From Oopsacas minuta (Eukaryota > Animalia > Porifera), in the NCBI GenBank assembly GCA_024704765.1, contig JAKMXF010000288.1, forward strand, positions 248,001 to 312,000: DNA of 64,000 nt, written 5' to 3'. Within the stretch, counting starts at the first letter, position 1, and every line of letters begins with the position of its first letter. The position numbers and the translations under genes are program-made. This document shows, in pieces, positions 10,633-23,016 of this stretch. The notes below the pieces were generated by a model. The model made no database searches. It saw nothing but the letters and a program-made list of their open reading frames with translations, and had not been told where the DNA came from.

Positions 10633-13600
10633 TCACGTTTTCAGTCTGTATTCTAATTCTTGTATTGCCTCCAGTCTATAGCAATAAGAAATGCATAAAA
10701 TCAGATATTAGAATTTAAATATTGACAACTCCAGTCACATCGAACACGGATAAATAGAAATATCCGCTCATATCAAAGTCTTAAATTCTACAAATATGGT
10801 CCCTTGAGCTTCGATATAACAGGAGTTAACTGTACAGATATTTCTTACCGTTTGGATGAATCTGATTCAATACCGCTAATCTTATTCATAAGATCTCTCA
10901 TTACTTGATTTTGTTCTCTATCTTTTGCTGCAGCTAGCAACCTAGATGTACAATTGGTATTAGTAAAGGTCGCTATAATTCTCCATAAGAAACTTTGCTC
11001 CAGGTTAGGCATTCAAATTGAAAACATTCCCAGTATTTTCAAAGTTTCTCTTGGTAAGACATGAAACTCCTGAATAATCTAGAGACCTGAGAGGTTTGGC
11101 AATATACTTACATTGGTGACAGTCTTTGTGATACAGAATTTAGTGATTTAACGAAAGGTTCTAAGGAAGATACGATAGTAGATAATTGTGTATTTTCATT
11201 TTGTAGTCTGTCTAGCTCTTGAAGATGACCTAATTAAAGTTGGGTAAGGCTACAACGAATTCAAATTTGGTACAAATTAATATGTTTACTCACCATAGAA
11301 TATTTCACGTTCATATGTTACTTTTGTAACAGTTTCTTCCCAATCCTAAAATATAGAATTATATTTGGTGTGAATCAAGGATTGTTCGAAGGGTATTGTA
11401 AGGTCAGGCATCTCCTAAAGTGCTCACAACATTCAAATGAGCTCAGGTCTCCCGATTTAAACTATCCTTGATCAACCCGGCTATATCTATATAGCCTGAC
11501 TGTGCAGGAAATGAATATTATTCATTTTGAAAATAGAAAATTCGAGTTTTACCGTGAATACATAATTAGTGCTACCAAAAGGTGTAACCAAATAATCTGG
11601 GCCTTTATAAGGAACATAATCCTCCCAGTTCTCCAACAGGTAATAGTAAACACACTTAAATACAGTGTACGCTGAATATAAGCACCATCATAAGGAAATC
11701 GGTTCTCATCTATTTCTGTATATTTATACCGGTTATAAGAATATGTATTGTTACTCCTAAGGATGTTCTTATAACTGGTATCCACTGTATGTATTACAAT
11801 ATTTTACAACCTGTATCATCAATTGATTAGCTCTAATCAGCTGATTTTGTGTAATTAGATTAGCATGGCAGAGACTTTAGATGTCACACAACTAACCGGA
11901 GGATCTCAGTTAGAAGAGACAGTATATCAAGATTGTAATGCTGATTTCCAGGGACAGGTCTGGGGGTGTTTATTCCCGTTAAGTGAACCTTTTGACCTCA
12001 TTGAACTGATTGAGGATAATTATTCGTTTGGGAGAGATGATGCGTGTTCTATTATTTTCAGTGAAAAACCTGATAGAATTGCTATACCGAATTACGGTGC
12101 TTTGAGTAAAAAACACTTTGAAATTTACCGATATTATCCTGACGGAAATAACTCTAATAACTACCTCACATACTTGACTGATAAATCAAGTAATGGGACA
12201 TTTGTTGACGGTATTAAAATCGGGAAAAATAAATCTCAAATTCTTAAGAATCATTCAACTATATCACTCAGTATGAAGAAGAACAAGTCTTATTTGTTTT
12301 ACGATAAAACTGAAAGTTTGAAAAGTGATATCCCTAATTTACCGATTGAGTTGACTTCCAAATACGCTCTCACGATTATTCTAGGCCGCGGCGCGTGTGG
12401 AGAAGTACGTCTCGCTTTCAGAATAGTCTCTGGCGAGCGGTTTGCAGTGAAAATAATAGAAATTAAACGTTTCCAGAGGGATAATTCTGCGATGAAGTCT
12501 GCTCTTGCCGAACTGAAAATTTTACAAAAACTTAACCATCCTGGAATTATTCAAATTTACGATTGTTTTCAAACGGAAACACATTTCTTTATAATTTTAG
12601 AATTTTTAGCTGGCGGAGAGCTCTTCGATAAAATCGTGAGATTAGGAAAATTCAGTGAAAACGAAGCAAAATTCACGTTTTACCAAATCCTCCTATCAAT
12701 GAGCTATTTACATTCACAAGGCATTACTCATAGAGATTTGAAACCGGAAAATATTTTATTATTATCAGAAGAGAAAGACTCGATAGTTAAAATCACAGAT
12801 TTCGGTTTGAGTCGTGTTGTTGGGGAGGGTAGTCTCATGAAGACACTCTGCGGTACACCTTCGTACTTAGCCCCTGAGGTTATCCTAAGCGCAGAGGTCA
12901 AAGGCTACGGTCCCAAATGCGATTGCTGGAGCCTCGGTGTGATACTTTTTATCATTCTAGCGGGATACCCCCCGTTCTCAACAGAAATCAAAGAACATAC
13001 CCTAACAGACCAAATTACGAGGGGGCTGTACTCATTTCCAAAGGAACAATGGTCACAAGTCTCCCCAGAAGCTATTGACATGATAAAATCTCTTCTAATA
13101 GTAAATCCGGATAATAGAATTTCAATAAAAGACTCATTAAGACATCCATGGTTAAATGATGAGAAAGTTAAAGAAAAGATTAGAAATATTATCGGTAAAG
13201 AATATATTTTTGATGATTTAGAAGCTTTGCCAAACGATCGGAAGCGAGGGGCAATTACAGAAAATTTTCCTGTGAAAAAGGTAAATATTGGTAGAGATGA
13301 ATCATTGATGGATATTTAGATTTTAGGAATTTGTATTATTGGCTAGTTTGAGTAAATTTATGTATATTTCAGTTCCTATTTACCTTTTCAAATGATGCTT
13401 TATTTGATTGTAGTATTTTTATCTGTTCTTGGATTACTATACCTTCATTCTTGCTATCTTCTTCTATTGATTGGGCCTGTGGAGTATATGAGGTAATTCT
13501 GAGATTATTAGGTATTTATTCAACCAAAGAAATGGTCTGTCTGACGCTCGGGTGGGTGGAATTATGCATACTTGCCAAATATCTCGGGGAGTTTATGACA

Positions 13601-16600
13601 TATACAGGGAAATATTCCCGAAAATTTCTGGGGGGTTTCTCAAATAATAGACTGGAATTGCTATTTGTGTATGTAATACTTAGAAATAAAAATTTGGGGA
13701 TAATCATTAATTTGTTTTAAAGACTGTTTCTGTCCAACAACCCACAACGACAAACAGAGGTAAGGGTGTTTGGAGGCTCAGAAAATCACGCCCAATTTTC
13801 TGATCGATTCTTCGTCGTTTTACGAATCAAACTTTCATCTAAGAATATGCAATAATTATTTTCTTACCAAGGATTCGTTAGGCTGACATTTCCTCTTAGT
13901 TAGATCGCCGTGTAATTCCTGTACTGTATCCTTCAAATGCATTAAGCGAGTGTTGATAGCCTAAAGACAGAATTATCATTGTTCAATACTCACTTAGGTC
14001 GAACTGGCTGAATACAGCCGACCCCCGTTATATCTAAGCTCAAGGGACCGTGATTATTACTTCAGTATAATCGATATGTTACGTTGACAGTTTGTGACAT
14101 ATTTGTACAATTTTAGACTTCGGTATATCCGTGTTAGACATAACGGGAGCTTTCTGTATATCGCAATGCCCGCCTATATCGAATTCTGAAATTCTACAAA
14201 TATGGTCTCAAACTGTCAAAGTAACATATTTTGATCAGTGATATCAAAATAATAATCACGAACCCTTGAGCTTCGATTTACTTAACGGCAGTTAGCTGTA
14301 TGCTATTTACTGTAGCACAACTTCTAATAATTCCGATAAAAATCAATTTCAAATTCTATTCCAAGAACTTCTCAGCTTATAAACTATTCTACCCGCGTCT
14401 TTAGCTCAACGATAATTACGCGATTTATAGGAATACTTTTGAAAGGTTTTATCTCGAGAATTATACGTTGAATTTGATAAAGAATATTTCCAGTAAAATA
14501 TAAATGAGATAGTTCATTCACGTGCAGTTCAGTAAAACTACTAATTTAGTCATTCAATTCAACATTCCATATTGTTATCAAATGTTCACATGATTTTACA
14601 GTCACGATAGCTAATTACAAGGCTCGTGAAAGGTGTCAAAATGGCCTGGTCCCGAAGTGACACTATTTGCGGGGTCACAACTCTTTTCCATTCGATAATT
14701 TATTCACCCTTTAAGTACCTTGTCTCAGGTGTCAAGTTTAATCACATTCCCTCGGATATAAAGAAATTGATTCGTAGAATTAAATACTGAATATCACTTC
14801 CATGAATCATTGACTATACTATTACTTTCTGTGCGTCTAGAATGATTTTGAGCTCGTACTTCGCGTCTTTTGTCATACCTCGTTAATACGGACACGATAA
14901 GTACGGATTTCTGGATAAGACGAACAGACAGTTACACAAAATCAGCTCCCACTATTGTTATTCAATTGGTATTACTCCGGTTAATACAAACTCTTGATAA
15001 TGCGAACACATTTGACCGTCCGTTAGTGTTTATATTAACGAAGTTCCATTGTCTATTTGAATTTTGCGGGACTCGGGTATTTCGCCTCCATTTGGATAGA
15101 AAATTTATTTGATAACTTACACGAATCTTCTCTGCATACGTGATCAACTCCTGCCTCGGCACTATATCTGGCAGACTGGATACATTGTTGCTATTAACAC
15201 TGTTATAGTTAGAGTATGTTACTCTGCTTTCACTAGTGCCTAGATTAGTAGCATATGCATATACTCCGGATGTAGGAGAGGTTGAATGAGGGAATAGAGA
15301 GGTGTTGATTAATGTCTGCTGGGTTGAATGTGGAGGCCAGTTTGATTGTAAGGTTGTGCTGTCTAAACTGTGAAAAATGGTATTTAACCTATCCAACTTG
15401 TTGTTTCAGCTCCACCGCCCGCATCATGTCAATACCATTTTATCAATGAAATTCAACTACACAATATATTTACTAACTAACAGGTGATTAGTAATGATTC
15501 TATCTACACAGATCTCCTTTGATACGGTTAATTAACATCAGCAGGTCCTCTCTAATTGTCCATTTCGGACCTCACTGTCCACTGGTAGACAATTAGAGAG
15601 GACCAACTGATGTTTAGAAGTAGAGTCATTGGAATACTTCCATGAATTGGACACTGTATTATGATAACATCATCAAATAATGAGATATGAGATGCCGCCC
15701 GCCCGTATGCTTAGATGTACATTATGTGAGCTGAAACAAATTTCTCATTAACAGGAGGGGAGTTATCTTACCAAATATTCTTTATTTCTGATTGTGTTTC
15801 TGCATCACACATATGATATTCATAGCCATACTCTCTCAGTACTGCGCTGATACATCTAATTGCATATAGGAATAATTATCGCATAATTATTACGAATTAT
15901 CTTCAAGCCCAGGGCAGTCGCTTGAGGGGGCCGGGGTTCGAAGCAGACCTCCCTGATGGTGTTATAGGACATGACATATGTTAGTAGAAATTCTTTAGCA
16001 TGTGTATTATATTCATAATTACCAACTCCTGATAACCCGTGATTCTAAAATTCTTACCTGGAATTCCTGTATGTATATTACAATTTTAACACCAAAAATG
16101 TTAATATTAGAAGTAAACAAACAAACAAACAAACAAACAACAAATGAATTCATTCCCGGATCTAGCATCAAGATGGTATCACTCAAATACAGTAATGGCA
16201 ATAAGGAAGGTAGCAGTAGGTGACAATCATTGTGCAATATTCTGTAAGGGTACAAATTGCAAATATGAGGACCCCAACTTTTGGCGTCCCGACCAAATGG
16301 CCCTTCAGGGGTCGTTTTCTCATTGGGTAACCGATGACGTCATGGCTATGTCACGACCTACAACACGCTTAATACGAGAATACGATTTTATTGGACAATT
16401 GATTGGACATGGTATTCGGTCTATTTTTTGTGTACAAAAACCGGGTGAACATTCTCATTGCGGACGTAATTTAGAGCCAAGCGGGTTTTCTTACAACCCC
16501 CAGGAGGTCATGGACGCTGGATTGTATTTTTATAACTTCGGCTGGGACGATTTTGGGGTGCCCTCAATGCCAATGGTGCTTGACATGGTACGTGTTGTGG

Positions 16601-19600
16601 ACTTTGCTATTTCTCGTGGGAAAGTTGCTATACATTGTCATGCTGGCTTAGGACGTACGGGGGTGTTAATAGCTTGCTATATTGTGTATTCAAGACGGCT
16701 AGATGGAGAAAGAGCTATCGAAGTTGTGAGGACGAAACGACCCGGAGCTCTGCAGACTGCCAAACAAGTTGAACTGGTTTTGAATTATAAACAATATATG
16801 TCTAAGCTATGGAGAGTATTCGCTTTTTGTGAAGAAGAACGATTCAGTTTATGCGAATATTTAGCGAACCAAGGCGAACTATTGCATGGGATCGATTGGA
16901 AAAAGCACAAATATATACCGAAAATCGTAAAATTTCTTTGTGAATTATTGAATAAAGAATTTGAAAACTTCGCAACCAATTCAGACAAAAGGAATTTCAA
17001 CCCAAAACATTCAAATATTCTCTCAAAATCACTACAAATTAATTCAAAGGAATTATTATTATTTGAGGGAGAATTCAATAAAACGCTAGATTGGGGAATA
17101 ATTGGGGAATTGGATAGCACGACTGTATGGGGGCTTCTACTCGACTGGTTTTACAATCTCAAATACCCAATATTATCGCAGATTGAGGTTCTGTCAATTC
17201 AAAGAATTTTGGCCGGCAAGGAAGGAAAGCCATGGGAAGGTCTGAAAAATGAAAATGCCTTTAATTTGCTTGACTACCTTACACATTTTATTTCTACAAT
17301 TCAAGATAATACTGATCGCGAGCATTTTATCAGTGATATTTCGCGAGTTTTAGTCACAGTCAAAGGTTCTGTCAACGATATTCAACCGCCAATGCCCTTA
17401 GCAACGATTCCGCACCCAAAAATGCAATCTATTCTACCTTTATGCTCAGCTAATAGAGACATAAAGGCGTTAACACCTCGCAGTATGCCAAAAATGGAAC
17501 ATTATTCTGAAGAAATGAAAACACAGATTATCACAGATTCTTTCAATTCTTATTTAACAAATAATAACGTTAACAACACTGACTAACTGTGTGTATTTAT
17601 GTACTGTATGCTTTTAACTCATCACTTATCTAACCTTTTACCTCTGTTGCTATTGCATGTGACATATTGGCCCGTTTTTAACACCAAAATCATACTTAAC
17701 AAACCATTTTTGGGAATGCCAGTGTATCACAATTTGTCGGAGGGGCATATCCTATATCCTACGTCCCGATAACAAGCATAATATCTCGTTAAGTACAACA
17801 TTCTGTCTCGTATTTGTTCACTCGAATTACGCTGGGTTTTCTATGATATATATTTGGAATATCTTACCTCTATGGATCGTAATTAAAAGCCCTCTCCCCC
17901 GATTTAATCGATATTAACTCACTCTCTAAATTCTCCTGTTAGATCTCTTGAAGTCTACAGAATATACTTTCATTAATCGATCTCAAAAATAATAATAATA
18001 ATAACGGACCTGTGTAGGTGGAGGTTTTTGAAATGAGAAAGGAGAATCCAGTAATTGTAGGAGTTGAGTCGTTACATGCTAAACATAATAATAAGAATAT
18101 TCAATAATATTTATGTTTATTGCAGGTTTCTATTGAATGCTTTAGATTATAATTCAAGTAAATACTGTAGAATTCGAATTAAGCGTCATTTCCGAGTTCT
18201 ACTGTATTTCAAATCACAATTTTCTCGACAAGGTTTATCATGAAAAACTAAGTGTGTTCTTTATATATCTATTCGCGCTTTTCGCCGGGCGTCCCGACTT
18301 TCGAATATATTTTCAGTGCCATGTGTCAATGAAATGTGTTAGAAAGCTTTTTGATAAAATCAGAATAAACTACAAATAACTTACATGTCCTAGATTGAGT
18401 AGATCGAATACTGTAGCTTCTTTAGCGAAGGTAGAACTTGCTAGTAATCTTGCCTACATAGAAAACATATGATTAAATTATCAAATAGAGTGGATGCCGG
18501 TTATAAGGACATGTATTGTTACTCCCAAAGGGTGTACTTATAACCGATAAGCACTGTACTCTTACTTCTAACCTCTAAAATAGGAAGTGAAGATTGTAGA
18601 GATACCAACTGGGCAGCTAGAGCCTGTTCCTTCTCTTCTCTCTCTCTGTATACAAATATTTGAGTAAATTAGTTTGTATATTTGTTTATTTTAAACTTAC
18701 TGTTGTATTTGGTTTAGCATCATATCCTTTCGTGCCTCAAGGGATGTCTAAAAATTGGTAAATAGTATACATTTTCAGGGGAAAATTGGTGTAATTGGTA
18801 TGCCAGTATTTACCTTTAGTTTCTCGTACATATCCATCACAACAGATTCTTCTATGTCAGCTTTGTTAATAGTTTCCTGTCTGATAGCTGAAATAGAAAT
18901 TATTGACTCGTTTGTTTGTTGTTGGAGATTTTCTAATGACTATTAGAAAATATGATATGTAATACAGTAGTATACGGATGTACTGCGAAACTTATCCTTA
19001 CCAACCCTCCCAGATCCCTGGAGTTTCACGTATTATTATCTACGGGGAATTTGCTGTTTGTTTGTTGCTATATTTGTGGATATTTCTTGGTGGAATAACG
19101 TGAAAATACCCGCCAAATTTGTAAGAGGGGTTGGTAAGTGAAGTGGTTCATGGAATAATCAAACAAATTTTCCAATGAACCGCTCCCAGGATTCTCCAAT
19201 TTTTATTTCCGTAAATAGTAATTGCAGGTTATATTTTCCGAATTAAAATACAGTAGACTCCATTTAATAGAGCTACCGGTTAATCGGGTCAAAATGGCCT
19301 GGTTCAGATGTGGCCCTATTAAGCAGGGTCTACTATATCTATACATTCAACTCACCACCATAGCTTCCACTAAGCTAGTGCTATTCTGTGTATAAGCTGT
19401 TTTCAAATCTGTACATTCAATTCTCTTCTCACTATATGACAAACAAATTTGTTTACTTATTTGTTTACTAGTTTGTTATGTGTGAACTTACTTATCCAAA
19501 TCTCTGAAACAGTTTATACATAGCATATTCTTGTGAATTGAAGAATACATTATATACTCTTCTCCATGTTTTTCTAAATAATAATAATAACAAATTTTAG

Positions 19601-22354
19601 ATTATTATAAAAGGAAAATTGTCTATACAGCAAACCTAGCAACAAAAATTGGATTTTGGAATGTTGAAATATATGCTGCTTTGATGGTTTGGGACCATAT
19701 TTGTACAATTTCCGGCTTCGATATAAGCGGGTATTCCGATATATCCGTGTTAGATATAATAGCTTTTTTTTATTATACATAACATGATAGCCCGCTCTAG
19801 ACTGATTTCCAAATCTCAAAATTCTAAATTACCACATATTTTCTTTTGCTTCTGTGTCCTCTTCTCGACTGCCACTATCTCATGCTTTGAAAACATCTTA
19901 GCTGAGTGTATAAGTCTACGACATTCGTTACACAGAGCTTGATCACATGTATTACAGAATATTGTAGCGTTTATCTAAAAGAATAATTTTAATAACACCC
20001 TTGGGGTAGTAAGATATGTTCTTATAACCAGTGTTCTTAGAAGTAACATTCACTGAACTCGAAATGCGAATCCAAAAGCTCCCAAAGTCTACATGAATTC
20101 CCAAATCTGACTAATATATATATTACTTACTTCTTCACAATTAGCACATTCCATAATCTCTGGTTTGTTGCTAGAGACAAGATATTGTAATAAGAGGTCT
20201 GGTCTGCTCTCAACAGCTGTAAAATCGTTAGTTGTTTGAGAATCATCTTTCAAATGGGTGTCTGAACTAAAAATATTAATTATTATACAAATACTATTAC
20301 AATGTTTGCAGGACACAAGCGTTGGCAATTATCTGTTCTCAGCTGGTGGGAACTTTTGGTGAATTTTTGGACCTCAGCGTTTTCCGCCTGATCCAATTGA
20401 AAATAGGGGCCCCAAATACCCAAGCCAGAAACCTCTCTACTTTGAGAGAATTATTCGTTCATGTTTGGCTGTTTCATGCGTGTCTTATTCAACAAAATTC
20501 GGGTCTCTTTTACTTTGAGCTAATTACTACGTAATGAACACCTTACACAAACACCTGTCTAATACACATAAACAACAAAAAATCCATTTTGGGTAAATTA
20601 CTGAATAACGTCAACAAGTTATCTCTCCGAACAGTTCACAGGAGTGTTAATCCATCACTTTTGTACTCTGCTATCACACCAGCTAGTATATTATTACGTT
20701 ATTGAAGCGCTGAAGCAGTATACTATTCAATACTTGTTGATTCTGTTTATTTGTAGAAACGGCTGGCTACAAAGATTATTGCAACGATAGATACAATCTA
20801 TTCCACTTAATCGAGACTATTTTCCTTAGGAAGGATTCAGACCTTAGTCATAGAAATATTATCCAAAATTTCGGTCAATCGTGAACTCCGTTTAACCAAC
20901 TTCAAAGGAACAGAAATTCGAAAGGATTTTATTTGGAAATTTTAAGAGGCTCCTTTGGGGATCGATGCATGGAAGTGGGAGGCTGTGGACAGTTTAATAG
21001 GATAAAGGGGTCGAGCTTACATTCCTCAATCCACATCTTGTCTACCACCATTTGAGGAGGATCAGCAAATAGAACTGGCATAATTCCAATTTTGAAGAAT
21101 TTTCCAGATAATTATACAATAGATTTCGAAGCGTTTATTTAAATTTATCTGTAATTATTAGAATTAATCTTTCCATGAATTTCACGAAGAATTACGCGAA
21201 AACTTAGTCTAAACATTGTCCCAATCTCTCAAAAATGTATTTTATCGCTATAATCACTTCACACACACACACACATTGATAACAGGTAATTTACTCAAGA
21301 GACAGTTGTATATAATAATTTGTAGAATTACAATTAAATTAGAAGCACCTCAAAGTGAGAACGGCTTCTACTGTGAAAATCAATTGAGACAAGGCTTAAG
21401 ACATTACTCCACTGATTTGAGTGATAATTATCACAATATGGTATGTTATTAATTGTTAGAATAATATGTCATATGGCCATGTGATTATTTCATGGACTTT
21501 TAAAGTCTCATAAACTCTTGTATTGAGTATTTATTTAGGAGATTGTACCATGGGTCATGGTTGACGGCCAGATTGGAGACATAGGCTGCTGCGTTTAAGC
21601 GGTATTTGGCTTGGTGGGACGATCTCAAAATTTGTATTACAGTCTAAGGGAGGGGGTCTATGGCGAAAAGGGTTGGGAACCAATGAATTTTAGTTAAAGT
21701 CAGTGATAATTCTGATTTTTTAAAGAGAGGAAAACCTGACAATCAATATTTGTAGAAATAGCAGTACGCTTCAGTGATAAATTCGAGTCATGGGTGGACA
21801 TATGTACTCAATAATCAATTCTCCTTAATTTAGAAAACTTTTGTACATGGATATCGTAATTAAATCCCGCTATATCAAACATGGATATATCGAAGTCTGT
21901 AATTGTACAAATAAGGCCCCAAAACCGTCAAAGTACATATATTTAATCGTTTATATCGAAGAATTATCAGGGTCCCTTCAGCTTCGATATAACAGGAGTT
22001 AACTGCGTGTATATATATTGTTAAAATAGTTAATGTAATTATAACTTACTTGCAAGAATAGCAAGCTACATCATTATCCAACACTCTGGTAGCAACGCAA
22101 TTAGAACAAAAGGAATGGAAACAATTCAATAAAATTGGATCTTCCAACTCATTTTTGCATATTCCACAGTCCAAATGTTGATCCAATTTTGACTCACCAC
22201 CTAATGAACTATGCGATCTCTTGCTTGGGCTAAATTCAAGCCCAAGTCCAATACTATTATAGTATATTGGCAACGAAGATGGTACAATGGTATGCCCATT
22301 TTTATAACTGCCACTAAAGTGCAAAAAATGTTGTCTGTCATCCAAATTTTCCAT
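10633..22354 (-). CDS. RNF207: RING / B-box / coiled-coil protein RNF207, about 16 exons
   Basis: Hand-spliced, phase-consistent exons give: RING CGIC...CFHSFCSNC; DLLLQYLVSS...CANCEE; FCNTCDQALCNECRRLIHSAKMFSKHEIV; LCINCFRDL; HLKDTVQELHGDLTK; FEKDWEETVTKVTYEREIFYGHLQELDRLQNEN; LEPFVKSLNSVSQRLSP. All run colinear with human RNF207. Stop TGA at 10633-10635. Confidence 0.88.
11865..13319 (+). CDS. CHEK2: Checkpoint kinase 2 (FHA + Ser/Thr kinase), intronless, nested antisense in RNF207 intron 11346-13383
   Basis: FHA domain (FGRD, SKKHF, DKSSNGTFVD); kinase motifs LGRGACGEV, HRDLKPEN, DFG, TLCGTPSYLAPE. Confidence 0.93.
   Translation: MAETLDVTQLTGGSQLEETVYQDCNADFQGQVWGCLFPLSEPFDLIELIEDNYSFGRDDACSIIFSEKPDRIAIPNYGALSKKHFEIYRYYPDGNNSNNYLTYLTDKSSNGTFVDGIKIGKNKSQILKNHSTISLSMKKNKSYLFYDKTESLKSDIPNLPIELTSKYALTIILGRGACGEVRLAFRIVSGERFAVKIIEIKRFQRDNSAMKSALAELKILQKLNHPGIIQIYDCFQTETHFFIILEFLAGGELFDKIVRLGKFSENEAKFTFYQILLSMSYLHSQGITHRDLKPENILLLSEEKDSIVKITDFGLSRVVGEGSLMKTLCGTPSYLAPEVILSAEVKGYGPKCDCWSLGVILFIILAGYPPFSTEIKEHTLTDQITRGLYSFPKEQWSQVSPEAIDMIKSLLIVNPDNRISIKDSLRHPWLNDEKVKEKIRNIIGKEYIFDDLEALPNDRKRGAITENFPVKKVNIGRDESLMDI
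16144..17586 (+). CDS. PTPDC1: Protein tyrosine phosphatase domain-containing 1, intronless, nested antisense in RNF207 intron 15856-17922
   Basis: SHWVTDDVMAMSRP, QKPGEHSHCG, GFSYNPQ, catalytic HCHAGLGRTG. Confidence 0.9.
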   Translation: MNSFPDLASRWYHSNTVMAIRKVAVGDNHCAIFCKGTNCKYEDPNFWRPDQMALQGSFSHWVTDDVMAMSRPTTRLIREYDFIGQLIGHGIRSIFCVQKPGEHSHCGRNLEPSGFSYNPQEVMDAGLYFYNFGWDDFGVPSMPMVLDMVRVVDFAISRGKVAIHCHAGLGRTGVLIACYIVYSRRLDGERAIEVVRTKRPGALQTAKQVELVLNYKQYMSKLWRVFAFCEEERFSLCEYLANQGELLHGIDWKKHKYIPKIVKFLCELLNKEFENFATNSDKRNFNPKHSNILSKSLQINSKELLLFEGEFNKTLDWGIIGELDSTTVWGLLLDWFYNLKYPILSQIEVLSIQRILAGKEGKPWEGLKNENAFNLLDYLTHFISTIQDNTDREHFISDISRVLVTVKGSVNDIQPPMPLATIPHPKMQSILPLCSANRDIKALTPRSMPKMEHYSEEMKTQIITDSFNSYLTNNNVNNTD

Positions 22355-23016
22355 TCAAATTTTGTATATTATTCAGCTGGACACAAGCATATATATACTG
22401 GCGAATAATTGAAGCCAATTTTCGTGTTGAATCATTTTTGGCTGATTAACAGTCAATGAAAGTACTATTCATTTGCTACCGGGAAGAATTCTATTTGCTT
22501 GGAAACACAAGTCACGAATTTCAATTGTTAAGATTCCATATAAGGACTATGCCTTTCTGTTATCGAATTATATTTTGGGGAATTTATTTTATCGCTTGTT
22601 TTTCAGATTAAACGTTAGATATTTTTAGCTGACACGAATTCTCTAATTTATGCGATTACTTTCAATTTATCGTAAGGCATCGAAAAGTATTCTTAACTTT
22701 ATGTGTGATTAAAGTTGGAGCTTCAAATTTACTGAATAGACTGCCGGGGGAATTCTTGTAATTGGAACTCCAAATGGACAAGCTACAAACCTTCAAACTT
22801 CATTTCAAAATGACGAATTAATATTTCAATATTTATCCAATAAAGTGAACCCCACAAACGGGGCACTTCTGGAAACGGAGTGAAAAATACAAACTGCGAA
22901 TTCCTAGTCCATACGAATGAACCCCTACAAGCGGGGTAACGGGGCAGCATTTTCGCCGTCCCTGACACCTCGTTAATAAAATTTAATAATTATTTTTATT
23001 CTTGTTTACTAGCGAA

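Noticed and set aside
11549-11785. 78-aa ORF (MDTSYKNILRSNNTYSYNRYKY...), with similar peptides at 54972 and 63473
   Set aside because: These are translations of MITE family B, not a gene family.
15360-15855. YEYHMCDAETQSEIKNIWLNTIF looked like a PH-domain C-terminal helix
   Set aside because: The flanking exons align to RNF207, which has no PH domain; this is a linker region.
20300-21460. Possible extra gene in RNF207 intron 1 (short ORFs such as MPVLFADPPQMVVDKMW and ITIKLEAPQSENGFYC)
   Set aside because: Could not be joined into a phase-consistent model and no motif was recognised; needs RNA-seq.
22783-22968. 61-aa minus-strand ORF in the RNF207/MTIF2 divergent region
   Set aside because: The sequence matches repeat family F (compare 34480-34570).
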